Below are positions 32,376 to 43,876 of a DNA stretch of 64,000 nucleotides, one piece after another; within the stretch, counting starts at the first letter, position 1; every line of letters begins with the position of its first letter. Origin of the DNA: Flectonema sp. DT1601 (Eukaryota); NCBI GenBank assembly GCA_964019425.1, contig OZ025801.1:124001-188000 (forward strand). The letters are read 5' to 3'. The position numbers and the translations under genes are program-made. Under the pieces are notes generated by a model, which searched no databases, was not told the origin of the DNA, and was given only the letters and a program-made list of their open reading frames with translations.

Positions 32376-35300
32376 TAGTCTCGCGGTTATTTAATTTGCT
32401 TATTAAATTATTTAGCGAAAAAAAAAAAAAAAAAAACTCTCAAATATATTTTTTTTCTTTTTTCTTTTCCCTGTTTAATTCTTTTTCGTGGAATGATATT
32501 TGGTTTACACTTTCTTTTTTAAAGGGGGCATTTTTTTTCGGGGAAGCTTCTGTTTGCGAAGTGCAAATTAGTTTCTCGATGACGACTTTATATCGTAGAA
32601 CTTCACTTCGACTTTACCAAGTCACTGATATGTGAATACATACACATCTTCGAGCTACTTACCATATTGTCTAGAAACAATGCCGCCTGCGGATCTGGGT
32701 GTTGATTTTACCAAGTCTTTTTCTTCTTGGTATGCACCTGGTCCAGCATTGTGTGTAATAAGAGAGAAGCAGTACCCAAAAGAACGAATAAAACAGTAAG
32801 GAAAGACCAATTCCTTTTTTTGATAATAATGAAAAAGAATAATAATTTAAGACAAAGAAAACAATGCATTCCTCGTTTCCAATGACACACGGCCTGGGCT
32901 TTACATCCATTCCTGGAGAAAGCACAATTAAGTAAGGCTGTACCATTCACTGATTCTGATTTTGAGAAGAAAGAAGTTGGAAAAAACTAAAAAAGAAAGA
33001 AAAATGAAGGAAACTTTTAATGACGAAGTGCCATCACCACCTCCACCAACCTCACCCCTCCCCTCATCGTTTATCAGGAGAAATAAAGTTGATCTGTGAG
33101 ACTGCTGTGATCCATAATTTACTTGGGATTGCAGCCTCACTACTGAACTTTAAAAAAAAAAGGTTGAATAATGCAAAGACCCACTGAGCATGAAAAAAAA
33201 GAAAAAAAAAGAAAATAAAAGAGCTAGTTTGCAATTTTCCACTTGCTATTTAAATAATTGGCGATGCTTACAACCGTAAGCAGACATATCAATTTTAAGT
33301 TAGCTGAGCGACCTTTAGAGGTGGCTTCAATTGGTGTCAGGTATGTAATTGCCTAAATACTGGTGTAGTAATATGTACAACACAACACTCAATAAAACAA
33401 TAATAGTTTCCTGACTGCCATTCGAAAACCGTAGAACATCTTTCCAGAAGCGTCGTATCCCCAAAGTGCCGCAAAGGTATGTAGTTCTTGCTAAGTCACA
33501 AGAAAAAATTCATCCTTGCAGGAAAAACAAAAAACAAAAAAAAACAGCACATCCACATCCCTTCCAGCCAGCGTACTTCTGAACGCTGGAGGAACAGAAA
33601 AAAAAAAAAAAAAACGTGTTGAAAAAGCATGTACATTCGTCTCGTAAGGATATATTGATTTGGACTATATCACATGCAGAGTGCAGACAGGCTTTCCAGA
33701 TGCTGTCGCTCCACGTTCTGATGTACTGTGATGCTCAACTGGTAGTGAGTAGTATGTGATTGTGTGTTTGTGTGAAATATTATTATTATTATTATTGTTT
33801 GCTGAATGATGGCAGATTTTCTGAATTAAATATTTAATATCGTATCGTGGAATTAGTTTTTTTTTAAAAAAACAAAACAAAACAAAAAAAACACAGAAAT
33901 TATCCAACACTGACAGTGGTATCGGATCGTCTTACCCTCAGAAACGAGAACAGAGTTAAAGTTACTCGCTCCTTTTTTTTTTTGTTTTAAAAATATTCTT
34001 TTAAAAAGAAGAAAATTATTTTTCATCCGCTCCATCTCCCCTTCTCTCGTCTTTTCATTGGTTGTTTGTACACACAATGCCATCAGCTTTTCCTCTAATT
34101 TTATTGTTTAAAAAAAAAAAAAAAAGATTTCCTCAGCACCCTCTTATGGCACAAAAGGGGGATTTTAAACCGCCTTTAAGCAATGATAAGGTCTTCCCAC
34201 ACAATTGGGTTTTAATTTTTAATTTTTTTTAAAAAAAAACTAACAAGAAAGCATTTGAGAGTAAGTTGTATTTAATTTTAATTTTCTTTTTTTTTTTGAG
34301 TGCATCGCCATCCACAGACTGCTACCTGTTTAAAATTTAAATCATTTCACCTGTGTCTGTTTTATTTTTATTTTTTATTATTCACCGGGAAAAAAAAAAA
34401 AAAAAAAAAAAAAGTCTTAATATGCATTACAACAATAAGTAATAGAAAAAAAAAAAAAATAAGAAGAGAAAAATGACCACCCCTTCTACCGGAGGCGGAT
34501 GGAGCTATAAGATTCCAGAAAGAAGATTTTGAAAACTTTTAAATAAATAAATAAAAAAAAAAAAAAAAAAATTAAAAAATTAAAAAAAATGACAATAATA
34601 TAAAGCTTCCACTTGTTCTTCTTTTTTCGTAGCAACAAAAAATACATATTTATTATTATTATCTTTGGGAAAAAAAACTATAATTCCACATAAAAAAAAC
34701 TGTGAAACGTTAATCTCGGCATAAAGGTTTCCTTGGAGCAGTCCATTTTCGGAAACTTTTGTGTTGAGATTTAACATCTCAACTCGGTAACATTTATGTG
34801 GAATTAGGGGACGTTAATTAAACTTTTAACCTTTCAGTTGTTTTTTTTTTTTTTTTTTTTTTTTTGATAGTCACACCTAGCCTCTCAGATTAATCCACCC
34901 ATAGACGTGGTGATTGGGGTTTTAAATGGCCCCCAATGTCGATCAAAAAAAAAAAAAAAAAAACTCAGGCACTTGAGTATAGCTTTCTACTTCATTGGGA
35001 AAAAAAAAAACAACAAAAAACACGACTCATTAACCTATCTAGCGATGGTGTCATTAAGCTGTTTTGTACGCAATGGTGCAAAATACCAAAATGAGTCAAA
35101 ATATTTTTTTTTTTTTTTTGAGGCTGATACTTCTTTTTAAACAACAATTAATCTTTCATTCCCTCATTCCCGCTAATTTGGTTTTTTTTTTTTTTTTTTT
35201 TTTTAAATTAATTTTTTGCACCAATCAGGCCTGCTTTTTTTTTTCCCCCTCACCTCATAATTTTATTATTTTTCTCTGTTATAAAGAGTTATATTACATG

Positions 35301-36136
35301 TATATCTGGTTGTTATCGTTGTGGAAATTTTTTTTTTTTGGAATTACGCTTTGGTCTTTCCATGGTCTTCTCCCTAATTAAAGGACAGCCTGTTTTACGT
35401 ACAGTTTTAATACTGATCTTTTTTTTAAAAAAAATTTTTTTTTCAAGGAGTTACTCGTTTCTCGTGTTCCCCCGCGACTCGGAGTCACACTCAGTCTCTC
35501 TCACTTTTGGTTTTTTTTTTTGGCAGTGCCGTTTTCCCGTTTCCCCTTCGTCAGTACTGCAGTCAAAAAAAAAAACTAAAAAAAAAAAAAAAAAACAGCT
35601 TTTTCACATAAGATATTTAATATTTGGGAAGTACATCAAGTAATTGTTGGGTGGGGGGGGTTCTTTTTTTTTTCTTTCTTTTTTCTAAAAAAAGATAATT
35701 CCTCCCCTTTCTTCTCATGGGGTGCATGAGAAATATGAAAAAAAAAAAAAAAAAAAAAAGAAGAACGAATTTCCCCCCAACAAAAAATTAAAGAACGAAC
35801 CTTAAAAGAAAAAGAAAAGAACAAAAAAGCCAGCAGAAGCAAACAAACGAGTGCCCTCAGTCAGCTTTGAGCGGCCGGTTTTAAGAAGCTCGACAAATAA
35901 TGTTGGCTGAGAACAACCGATCCCACACTGCCCGTTCCCTGAACCCGAAGTCTACCATTTTTATTTATTTATTTATTTTTCTTTTTTTTTTTTCTCCCCA
36001 TCCCTTAAAAAAGACGATGTTTTTATTTTTTATTTTCTTTTTCTTCTAATTCTGACAATTAAAAAAAAAAAAAAAAAAATAAATAAATAAATATATAAAC
36101 CCTCCTGTTATACTTCAGCAATAAACAGATCACAAT

Positions 36137-36577
36137 ATGGTTCGCAGCTGTACAAAACTTGACCCCAGAGAACCCTCAGATGAAGAAAAAGAAGTAATTT
36201 GTAGTAACGTCAAGAATGGAAAAGTAACTCTTCCTGGTAAAGAAGATGAATATAGGATCGATTATGGTGTGTCATCTGAGAGCAGAGTAACAAGCGAGGA
36301 AACCTACAAAAAAAGAGTTGAAAAAATAACCTGCAGTCAAGGATCCGATGTTATCTACTTCACTGTCGTGACGGAAGCAAAAGGTGGAGTTGGTGATGAG
36401 AAGGCTGAGTTGTCTCCACCACTTCTGTCTGGATCTGCTAAGAAAAAGCCCTGCGTGTTCTTCAATAAAGGAACTTGTAAGACCGGCGTCAGTTGTGAGT
36501 TTGGTCATAACTTTATTAAACCGAGAGTTTATAAAAACAGTTACGAACCGAAGCAAGAAACACCAAAAGAAGAGTAA
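36137..36577 (+). CDS. Small CCCH zinc-finger protein (paralogue 1)
   Basis: KKPCVFFNKGTCKTGVSCEFGH (C-x7-C-x5-C-x3-H). Colinear paralogue at 37065. Confidence 0.85.
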   Translation: MVRSCTKLDPREPSDEEKEVICSNVKNGKVTLPGKEDEYRIDYGVSSESRVTSEETYKKRVEKITCSQGSDVIYFTVVTEAKGGVGDEKAELSPPLLSGSAKKKPCVFFNKGTCKTGVSCEFGHNFIKPRVYKNSYEPKQETPKEE

Positions 36578-37064
36578 GCCATCTTCACTCTCTGCTGCTA
36601 CTTACACGTATTCTGTTTTTCCCGAATTCTTTTTTTTAACATTTTCGGTGGTGATTACTATTTTATAGCAACGATCCACTTTCTGTGCGACACTTGCTCT
36701 CCTTTGAGTTCATTCATTTTTTATTTTATTTTTTATTTTTTGAAGCAACTTTATAAAAAATAATTAAAAAAAAAAAAAAAAAAAAGGATGTCTTCCCTTT
36801 TTTTTTTTTTTTTGTACTCCTCTGGAGCTTGTTTTATAAATTACTTCGATTCGAACGAATAAAATAAAATAAATAAATAAATAAAAAATACATTCATGGT
36901 GAAGAGATTACGAAAAAAAAAAAAAAAAAAGTATGTTATTTATAATACAACTTTTATTGTAATAGCAATTATCATGAGTAGTCTTTTTTATTCTCTTTTT
37001 AGAGTTAAGTTTTGTTTAAATTTATATTTCAAAAAAAAAAGGTTACTAAAGAAAGTTATATTAA

Positions 37065-37451
37065 ATGGGAATCAATCCAAGGGAACCATCTGACGAGGAG
37101 AGAGAGGTAATCAGTCAGAATGTTGAAAAAATGAAGGTCACCCTTCCAGGTAAGGATAACGAGTACAGAATCGACTACAGTATGTCTTTAGAAAGCAGAG
37201 TTACTACTGAGGCATCATTCAAAAAGAGAACTGAGAAGATCACCTGCAGTCATGAAGATGACGTCATTTTCTTTACTGTAATTAGTGAAGCAAAGGGTAC
37301 CGCAGAGAAGAAGGCTGAACTTCCAGCTCCTCTCCTTGCTGAAGTTGAATCTAGAAAGCCATGTGTATTCTTCAACAAGGGAACATGTCGGGGAGGAATC
37401 GAATGTAAATTCAGCCACAACTACATCAAACCAAAGGTGTACAAGAAGTAA
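37065..37451 (+). CDS. Small CCCH zinc-finger protein (paralogue 2)
   Basis: RKPCVFFNKGTCRGGIECKFSH. Aligns along its full length with 36137-36577. Confidence 0.85.
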   Translation: MGINPREPSDEEREVISQNVEKMKVTLPGKDNEYRIDYSMSLESRVTTEASFKKRTEKITCSHEDDVIFFTVISEAKGTAEKKAELPAPLLAEVESRKPCVFFNKGTCRGGIECKFSHNYIKPKVYKK

Positions 37452-38351
37452 GCGATTCCTTTACTTTATTAGTTATATTGATTTATAGCACCCCCCCCCT
37501 CCAACTCGCAATTGCCCAGTTTTTTTCCCCAAGTTTTTTTTATTTTTTATTTTTTTTCTCTTGACTCGGCGAGACTTGAGATTCAATTTAAAAACACGAC
37601 GAGCACCGAGACCTTAGCAGGATGTTAGTTGCAGTCACTGCGCGTTATTCTAGAGAGTACGTCACGCGAAATCAGAGGTAAAGAATCAAGGTAACGCACT
37701 GTTAAAAAGATATGTGGCTTCCCTCACCTGCGTACAAACGAAATTTCGAAGAAGAAACGCGCCACTAAGAATTCCTCCCGCTCACTCACCATCCCCCCAC
37801 TGCGGGAATTAGTGTCCTTTTTTTTTGTTTTTGTTTTTGTTTTTGTTTTAAATTTTTTTTTTTTTTTTATTCATTTTGTTGTGTTCGTCCCTTGAGAGAA
37901 GCGGGTGGTTGGACTCTGTCGTTATTTTCTTTTCCTTCGTTTTTTTTTTTTTCCTTCTTGTTTTTCTGTTTGTATTCTCCAGGAACAACGAGTCGGTTGA
38001 AATTCTCCGAAAGAAACAAAAAAAAAATAAATAAAAAAAAGTAACTGACTGACTGCGTACAAAAGGTGATTCAAGGTTCCTTTTGTTTTGAAGGGCTGAG
38101 GAGCAGCAGCAGCGGTTTTCCGCATTTGTTTTTCTAGTGGCCGTCCGTATGAGCGAGTCTTCTTGTCTTAGTCACAATATCAGGACTGTCGTTCTTGAAG
38201 CAGTATCAAAGGTGTTTTGCAAGCCAGCCACCAACCAAAGTCCACAAGGAAGAAGGGATTTTTATATTACTTATTTATTTATTTATTTTTTTTTTTTGAA
38301 ATGGCAAAAAATGAAATTTTCTTTTTTTATTTTGAAAAAAAAAAAAAAAAC

Positions 38352-38384
<33 letters not shown>

Positions 38385-38512
38385 CTAGATGAGATGCTGC
38401 TGAAAAGGGATTTGGGACCAAGCCAAGTGTCCAACATCGGAACCGACAAAGACACCTTTGAAACCCTCCATCCTGTTTGTCGGAAGGGTAAGGCGCATCG
38501 ATCTACGTGATC

Positions 38513-38545
<33 letters not shown>

Positions 38546-38685
38546 TTTATTTATAAGACAATACGCTGATAACAGAATTGGTTACTTGTCTTTTTAAACT
38601 TTTTATTACAGAAAACAACACTAATGTGATGTTAAGTAGTGCTGCTACTGATTATGTCTGTTTTATGTTTTTTTATTATCTACTT

Positions 38686-39507
38686 ATGCCCCCATCAGGG
38701 AGAGGAGGAATGAAGGAGTTGCTCCCAAATCCAATTGGCAGCCATGGATCTCTTCAGATTGGTAGGGACCCTCTCTCTCCGACACCTAGTGGGGTGTCCT
38801 TTGCCAGTCTTTCGGGACCTCGTCTTGTGAACTTTTCACCAAGACAGCTTCTATTCCCTCCACCACTTGATAAAATTATTTCAAATGTCCTAACAATCAG
38901 ATCGATGGAAAGTGAGGTAACTTGGAAACTTTATCACAACGCTCCTCATCGATATACTGTCGTACCAAATAATGGGATCTTAGTATGTTTGCGTATTAGG
39001 TATTGAATGGCTTATTATCAACTAGTCGGAAGGGAAAAAACAAACAAAACAGAAAGCCCGTGAATCGACAACTGTAAAAATATCCTACCGACCCCGTCAC
39101 GATAAAGATGGAGGTACTGAAGATTTCTCGACTTTAGTTGACGACTCGTTTGTTCTTGACGTATGTTATTGTGTGTTTGTTGTGGGGAAGTATTTCTCAT
39201 AATAATAATAATAAATCTCTATCAGGCTCGTACAGACGGTGATAAGATGAGATACAAACTGAGATGTGTCTTTACAGATGAGGGTGTGACTCGTCAGAAT
39301 TCAACAATCTCACGTCGGATTGAAGACATTCGCAGACATGTTGAACAAGAAGAAGATGTTATGAGAAGGACAGGAACCCTTCCCAGCACTCCACCAGCAG
39401 CGATTGCACCACCTCTGCCGTTGGCGATGTGTTTATTAGTCGTAGCATTCGTATTGGGGAGGTTATGTATTCACATGTCGTATCAAGTTACGGGATGTGT
39501 GCAGTGA
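38686..39507 (+). CDS. VAP-like MSP-domain tail-anchored protein, 3 exons (38686-38982, 39053-39160, 39226-39507)
   Basis: LLFPPPLDKIISNVLTI..WKLYHNAPHRYTVVPNNGIL|KARESTTVKI..DSFVLD|..KLRCVF plus a C-terminal TM ending FVLGR. Two GTATGT..AG introns keep the frame. Confidence 0.88.
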
Positions 39508-39653
39508 TTGTGTTCTGAAGTTTAATGTACTTCTTAATTATATTCGATTTTTATCTACTGAGAATATCAAACCTGCCGTCTGTTTGTTTTTTTTAGATTC
39601 GAAAGCATTCTGACTCTTCTTTGAAAAGGTTTAGACCCAACAATTACAATTTT

Positions 39654-39689
<36 letters not shown>

Positions 39690-39884
39690 TTCCCCAAGTT
39701 TCGATGCCGTAGTCGTACATCCATTGGGGAAAAAAAAAAAAAAAAAAAAAAAACCATTAGAGTGTTAGGTTCGTTCGAAGTACCTCCTGTTCGATTCCTG
39801 GTCATCGGCTGCTGTATCTCCGAAAGTAGAATTTTATTTTCTATCGATAGTTCAAAATAGGCTACTTTCTATGATCTCGGGGTT

Positions 39885-40082
39885 AGTGCCGTGAGAGCCA
39901 AAAGTGCATCTCTCGATCCTGAGACGGCATCGTTTACAGTAGTGGACTACGACGGTATCTGATCATCTTCGATCCCCACACTCTCGTTCTTGATTAATGA
40001 ACACATTCTTGTCGAATGCTTTCGCAGAAGTTCGTCTTCCCACGATCTAAGAATTTCACCTCTGACGTGGGAGTCCCTAATT
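39885..40082 (-). rRNA. SSU (18S) rRNA fragment, non-functional
   Basis: Minus strand reads GTCAGAGGTGAAATTCTTAGA...TGCGAAAGCATT...ATTAATCAAGAACGA...GATCAGATACCGTCGTAGTC...TAAACGATGCCG. Confidence 0.95.
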
Positions 40083-41043
40083 GATCCCGCTGGGGGGCAA
40101 AATAAATATTTTATCTCTGCTGAAATGACCTTTATCCGCAAGAGTGTCCTTTTGTAACAGTTGCGCACAGACAAAACAATAAGTGTGAGTTTTAAAATAA
40201 AAAAATAAAAAAATAAAAAGGTAAATATGTTTAGCTTTCTGTTATCATTAATACTAAAAGGACAACTCTCTGTATTGTAAATGAGGAATACATTTAAAGG
40301 TATCGAATCGATTAGTAAGCTCTCTGAAGGAACAGATAATTCCGTTCTTCTCATTTTGATCAAAAGTTAGTTAGTTTTTGTTAATATCTGTGTTTTTTTT
40401 TTTTTTTTTTTTGAAATTTAAAATTTTCTTCTTTCTTCTTTTTCTTTTAGACTTTTTTTTAAAGAAATAATAAAGACAAAAAAAGTAACGAACGATGTTT
40501 CGGTTTTAAGAATCATCTTTTTTTTCTTTTTTCTTTTTTCTTTGAACTAATTAATTACAGTTCCTCAAACACCCGTTGGGGGGCAGACATCCTCTCACGT
40601 CCAAACTGTTCTCCTTCGGCTCTCCATTTCGTTCCTTAAAAAGATAAACATCTTCTCACTACTATTAATGAGTAGTTAATACTGTTGTTGTATTTCTTAT
40701 TTAAAAAGGAACAATCTATTTATCAGATGAAGAACGTTACGACGTGTTGGTTACGTGAATATCAAGGGTATCTTCTTCTGAAGTATTTGATTGGTGTAAA
40801 CTAAAATACCGGGTGTGAGTACCTTGCGGTGTTTTTTCTGTTTTTTTATTGGAGTTGACGAAAAAACTGTTTTAGGTCAGTGTTTTATAATTTTATTTTT
40901 TTATTTTGTTTATTGTTATTATTTATTTTTTTTTTTAAATTTTTCAGGCAACCAATGATTGACTCCCACTACAGTTCTAATCAACTATAGTTTCAAGTTA
41001 CTTTCACATCACTCCTCAGGTAGACATCTGTACTAAATCTAAA

Positions 41044-41317
41044 ATGGTAAGCGAAGACAACTTGACGACGTTCGTTAACGTGTGCGCACTCGGAGTGTTC
41101 ACATTAATAATATTGTTTCACTACTTGGGTGTGGATTTCTTTCTTTTTTTTTTCTTTTTCCCCTAAGTTAAGCATCACCATAGTTCACTGTGTCCTTAAC
41201 AGATTGTTAAATTATCGTTTTAAGTTAATGTGATCCAATGCAGTTTGTATTTCTGAAATTCAGAATGAACTAACCAAAACCACAACACAAACAGGAGCCA
41301 GAGCTCACCGTGAATAG
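41044..41317 (+). CDS. OST4: Oligosaccharyltransferase subunit 4-like micro-protein (35 aa), exons 41044-41128 and 41295-41317
   Basis: The spliced product MVSEDNLTTFVNVCALGVFTLIILFHYLGARAHRE fits the OST4 pattern MI(S/T)D..L..F.N..G...F.L+V+YHY+. GT..AG intron with a CTAAC branch-like motif. Confidence 0.82.
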
Positions 41318-41807
41318 TCTTTACTTCTGATGATGTGGTGTTTTCGGAAGGGGTTGGTTAGACGTTAATATAAGATAGTCACACAGCCATTCCTTGTAAG
41401 TTTATTTTATCGATTCCAGAGGACGAAAAACTAATCTAAAAAATCGTAAGCCTGACAAGTGTTTGTTCTTCGAGAGATGTTTTTTTATTTTATTTTTTCT
41501 TCTTTTTTTTTATTTTGTTTTCTTCCTTTTTTTTTTTTTTTTTTTTCCATTTTAAAAAAAAAAAAAAAAAAAGGAAACTTTTCGTTCGTTCAACGTGTCC
41601 GTCTAAAGTGATGTTCTCTCACGTTGTTCTAATAATTCATGTTTTAGTTAATTAGTTTCTTCATTCGATCAGACAATCAAAAACCAAAATCGACGTACTG
41701 CCACGATGAGAAGAGTGCTTTCCTCTTTCTAGTTTAAGTACTTCCCTTTCAAACAGGAGATACGGTCTGGTGGGTAGTTACATTTCCCTCCTGCCTAACT
41801 CACTACT

Positions 41808-43538
41808 ATGCCTTTGAAATTAATATTATTCGACTTTGATCAGACGCTTGCCACGGTGTGTAATGTCTTCCTGTTCGGAATTATTAAAAAAAGAGAATTC
41901 GACAACAAAAAAACAAAACACAAAAACAGATTCATCTTTATCATAAGTTAGATGGGTTCTTACAATGTGATCCATACAGAGACTCTAATGATACGGTTTG
42001 AATATTATTATTATTTTTATTATATTTCTGATTTAGTATTTGTGTGTTCCTTCCTTCTGTAGTTCCCATCAATTGAACATCAGAAGTGATCTGAAGATTT
42101 GATTACCTTTTCGATGATCTCAATTGTTATCCGAACCAGAGTTAGGTGAGATCAGAACACCCTAACGGAGTTAGCGATGGCAGACCACGCAGGTCAGGCC
42201 AGTGTCAGGTTGGCATTCGTCAGACGACTAAGGACTTGAAGACAAGACTACTCAGAGATGGATGTCAACTCACAATAATCATTTAGCTTTATTGATGAAA
42301 GGAGAGCAATTATTTAATGTAGTTTAGTCCTAACAGTTCTTTGGGTGTTATCACAAACAGTAGATGTCAGAACCATCCTCTGTCTTGCCCTACCAAAGGA
42401 TAACTACCCTTCCCTAATAATTCGATGATCTTCCTATCAAGTCTGATTTTAAGCACTTCGACATCATCCAGTCGGGCGATAGCTCTGAGAAGTACTTGTG
42501 TAAACTAATAAATTATTTAGTCAGATCTCCTTCGGTAATTATTTTAAACAAAAACAGGAATCCCAGCAGATCAAAAAACACGCCGCCTCCCAACTCGAAC
42601 AGCTACCGAAAGTGTCTGCAGATGATATCTTTGGAGGTGAAGAGAGGATGGTGTACATGAGAAGAGAACTCCAGAAATTAAAAGACGAGGGAGCTCAGCT
42701 GATGTTAGTCAGTCACGGTTTTACTGATGTTGTAAAAGCCGCCATGGAGAAGGGAAACATGCCGGAATTCGAAGAAACTTTTGGTTCTGACCACCCAAAG
42801 CTGTCGATGGTTGATTGTGACAAGACTCGTCTGACTGCCAATCTAATTAAGAATTTCAATTTAAAACCAACCGAATGCATACTAATCGATGATGACCCTC
42901 GTAACTTGATTCCAGCACGTCAACACCAAGTCTGTCCAACTCTCTTTATTTGGTCGAGGAAGGGAATAACAGAACTTGAGCTTCAGTCGCTCTCAAATAA
43001 CGACATCTGTTCTTCTAAACAACGTAATTACAGTCTTTGTAAAACATTACCAATACCAGAAATAGCAACAACAGTAGCTGATGGGTACTACGTCATGTCT
43101 GGAACTCTTTCATTGGAGTCAGCTGTTAGCAAAGCGAACTCAGTTCCGTCATCTCATCGATTTGAGCCTGTCAGGATTGTGAGAACTCCAGATGAGGGAG
43201 CGCATGCTATTTACTGTGCTCTTGAACATCTGTCACCATTTCGTGAGATGGTCTTGAAGTACACAAATGGAGCTGTTGATTTAGATATTCCAAAATCACC
43301 TCCCCGACCGCTGACTTTTAAAAACAGTTCTTCGACAGTCACGGAACTGCTTACTTCACATAATGAAAGTTATCAATGTGTGGAGGTGAGGATCTCTGGT
43401 CGTTCTTGTATTGATAGAGCGATTACAGAAGTAGCTGACAAATCGTTTCAGAACCGGGGCTGGAGAGTTCGAAAGATGTCGACATCGTATCGAAGTAAAC
43501 CTTCGCTGACATTCATCTTTTGTAAATTACAAACATGA
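41808..43538 (+). CDS. HAD-superfamily hydrolase/phosphatase with C-terminal extension, exons 41808-41855, 41930-41995, 42558-43538
   Basis: Motif I LILFDFDQT, motif II LVSHG, motif III K and motif IV ILIDDD. Both GT..AG introns are phase 0 and preserve the frame. Confidence 0.85.
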
Positions 43539-43876
43539 AATTATAATAACTGAACTGAGGGATTGCCTTCACACAGACAATGAGAGCTGCAGACGGCTAC
43601 CTGAATAACTTACTCTCAACAATGTGATTGTTTGAGAAGACTCTACTCATGGAAGTGAATTACTTAAATGAGACAGGACGCTGTTTTTAATTTGACTGCC
43701 GAAAAGTAAAAAAATCGTTTCGTATGCTCCCCGAGAAGTTCTTCATTTGATTTGATGTTGTTGTTTTACTTCATTTCTCACAGATAACATTTATATGAAA
43801 TACGAAGAGAAGAATTCCTTATCCAATCTCACTCTTTTCTATTAATTTATAATCACCCCCACTAACAGTACTCGAG

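Noticed and set aside
32400..36100. Short F/K-rich ORFs, and faint 5S-like or LSU-like words near 34740 and 35930
   Set aside because: The ORFs derive from homopolymers in intergenic DNA, and the RNA-like matches are too short to support.
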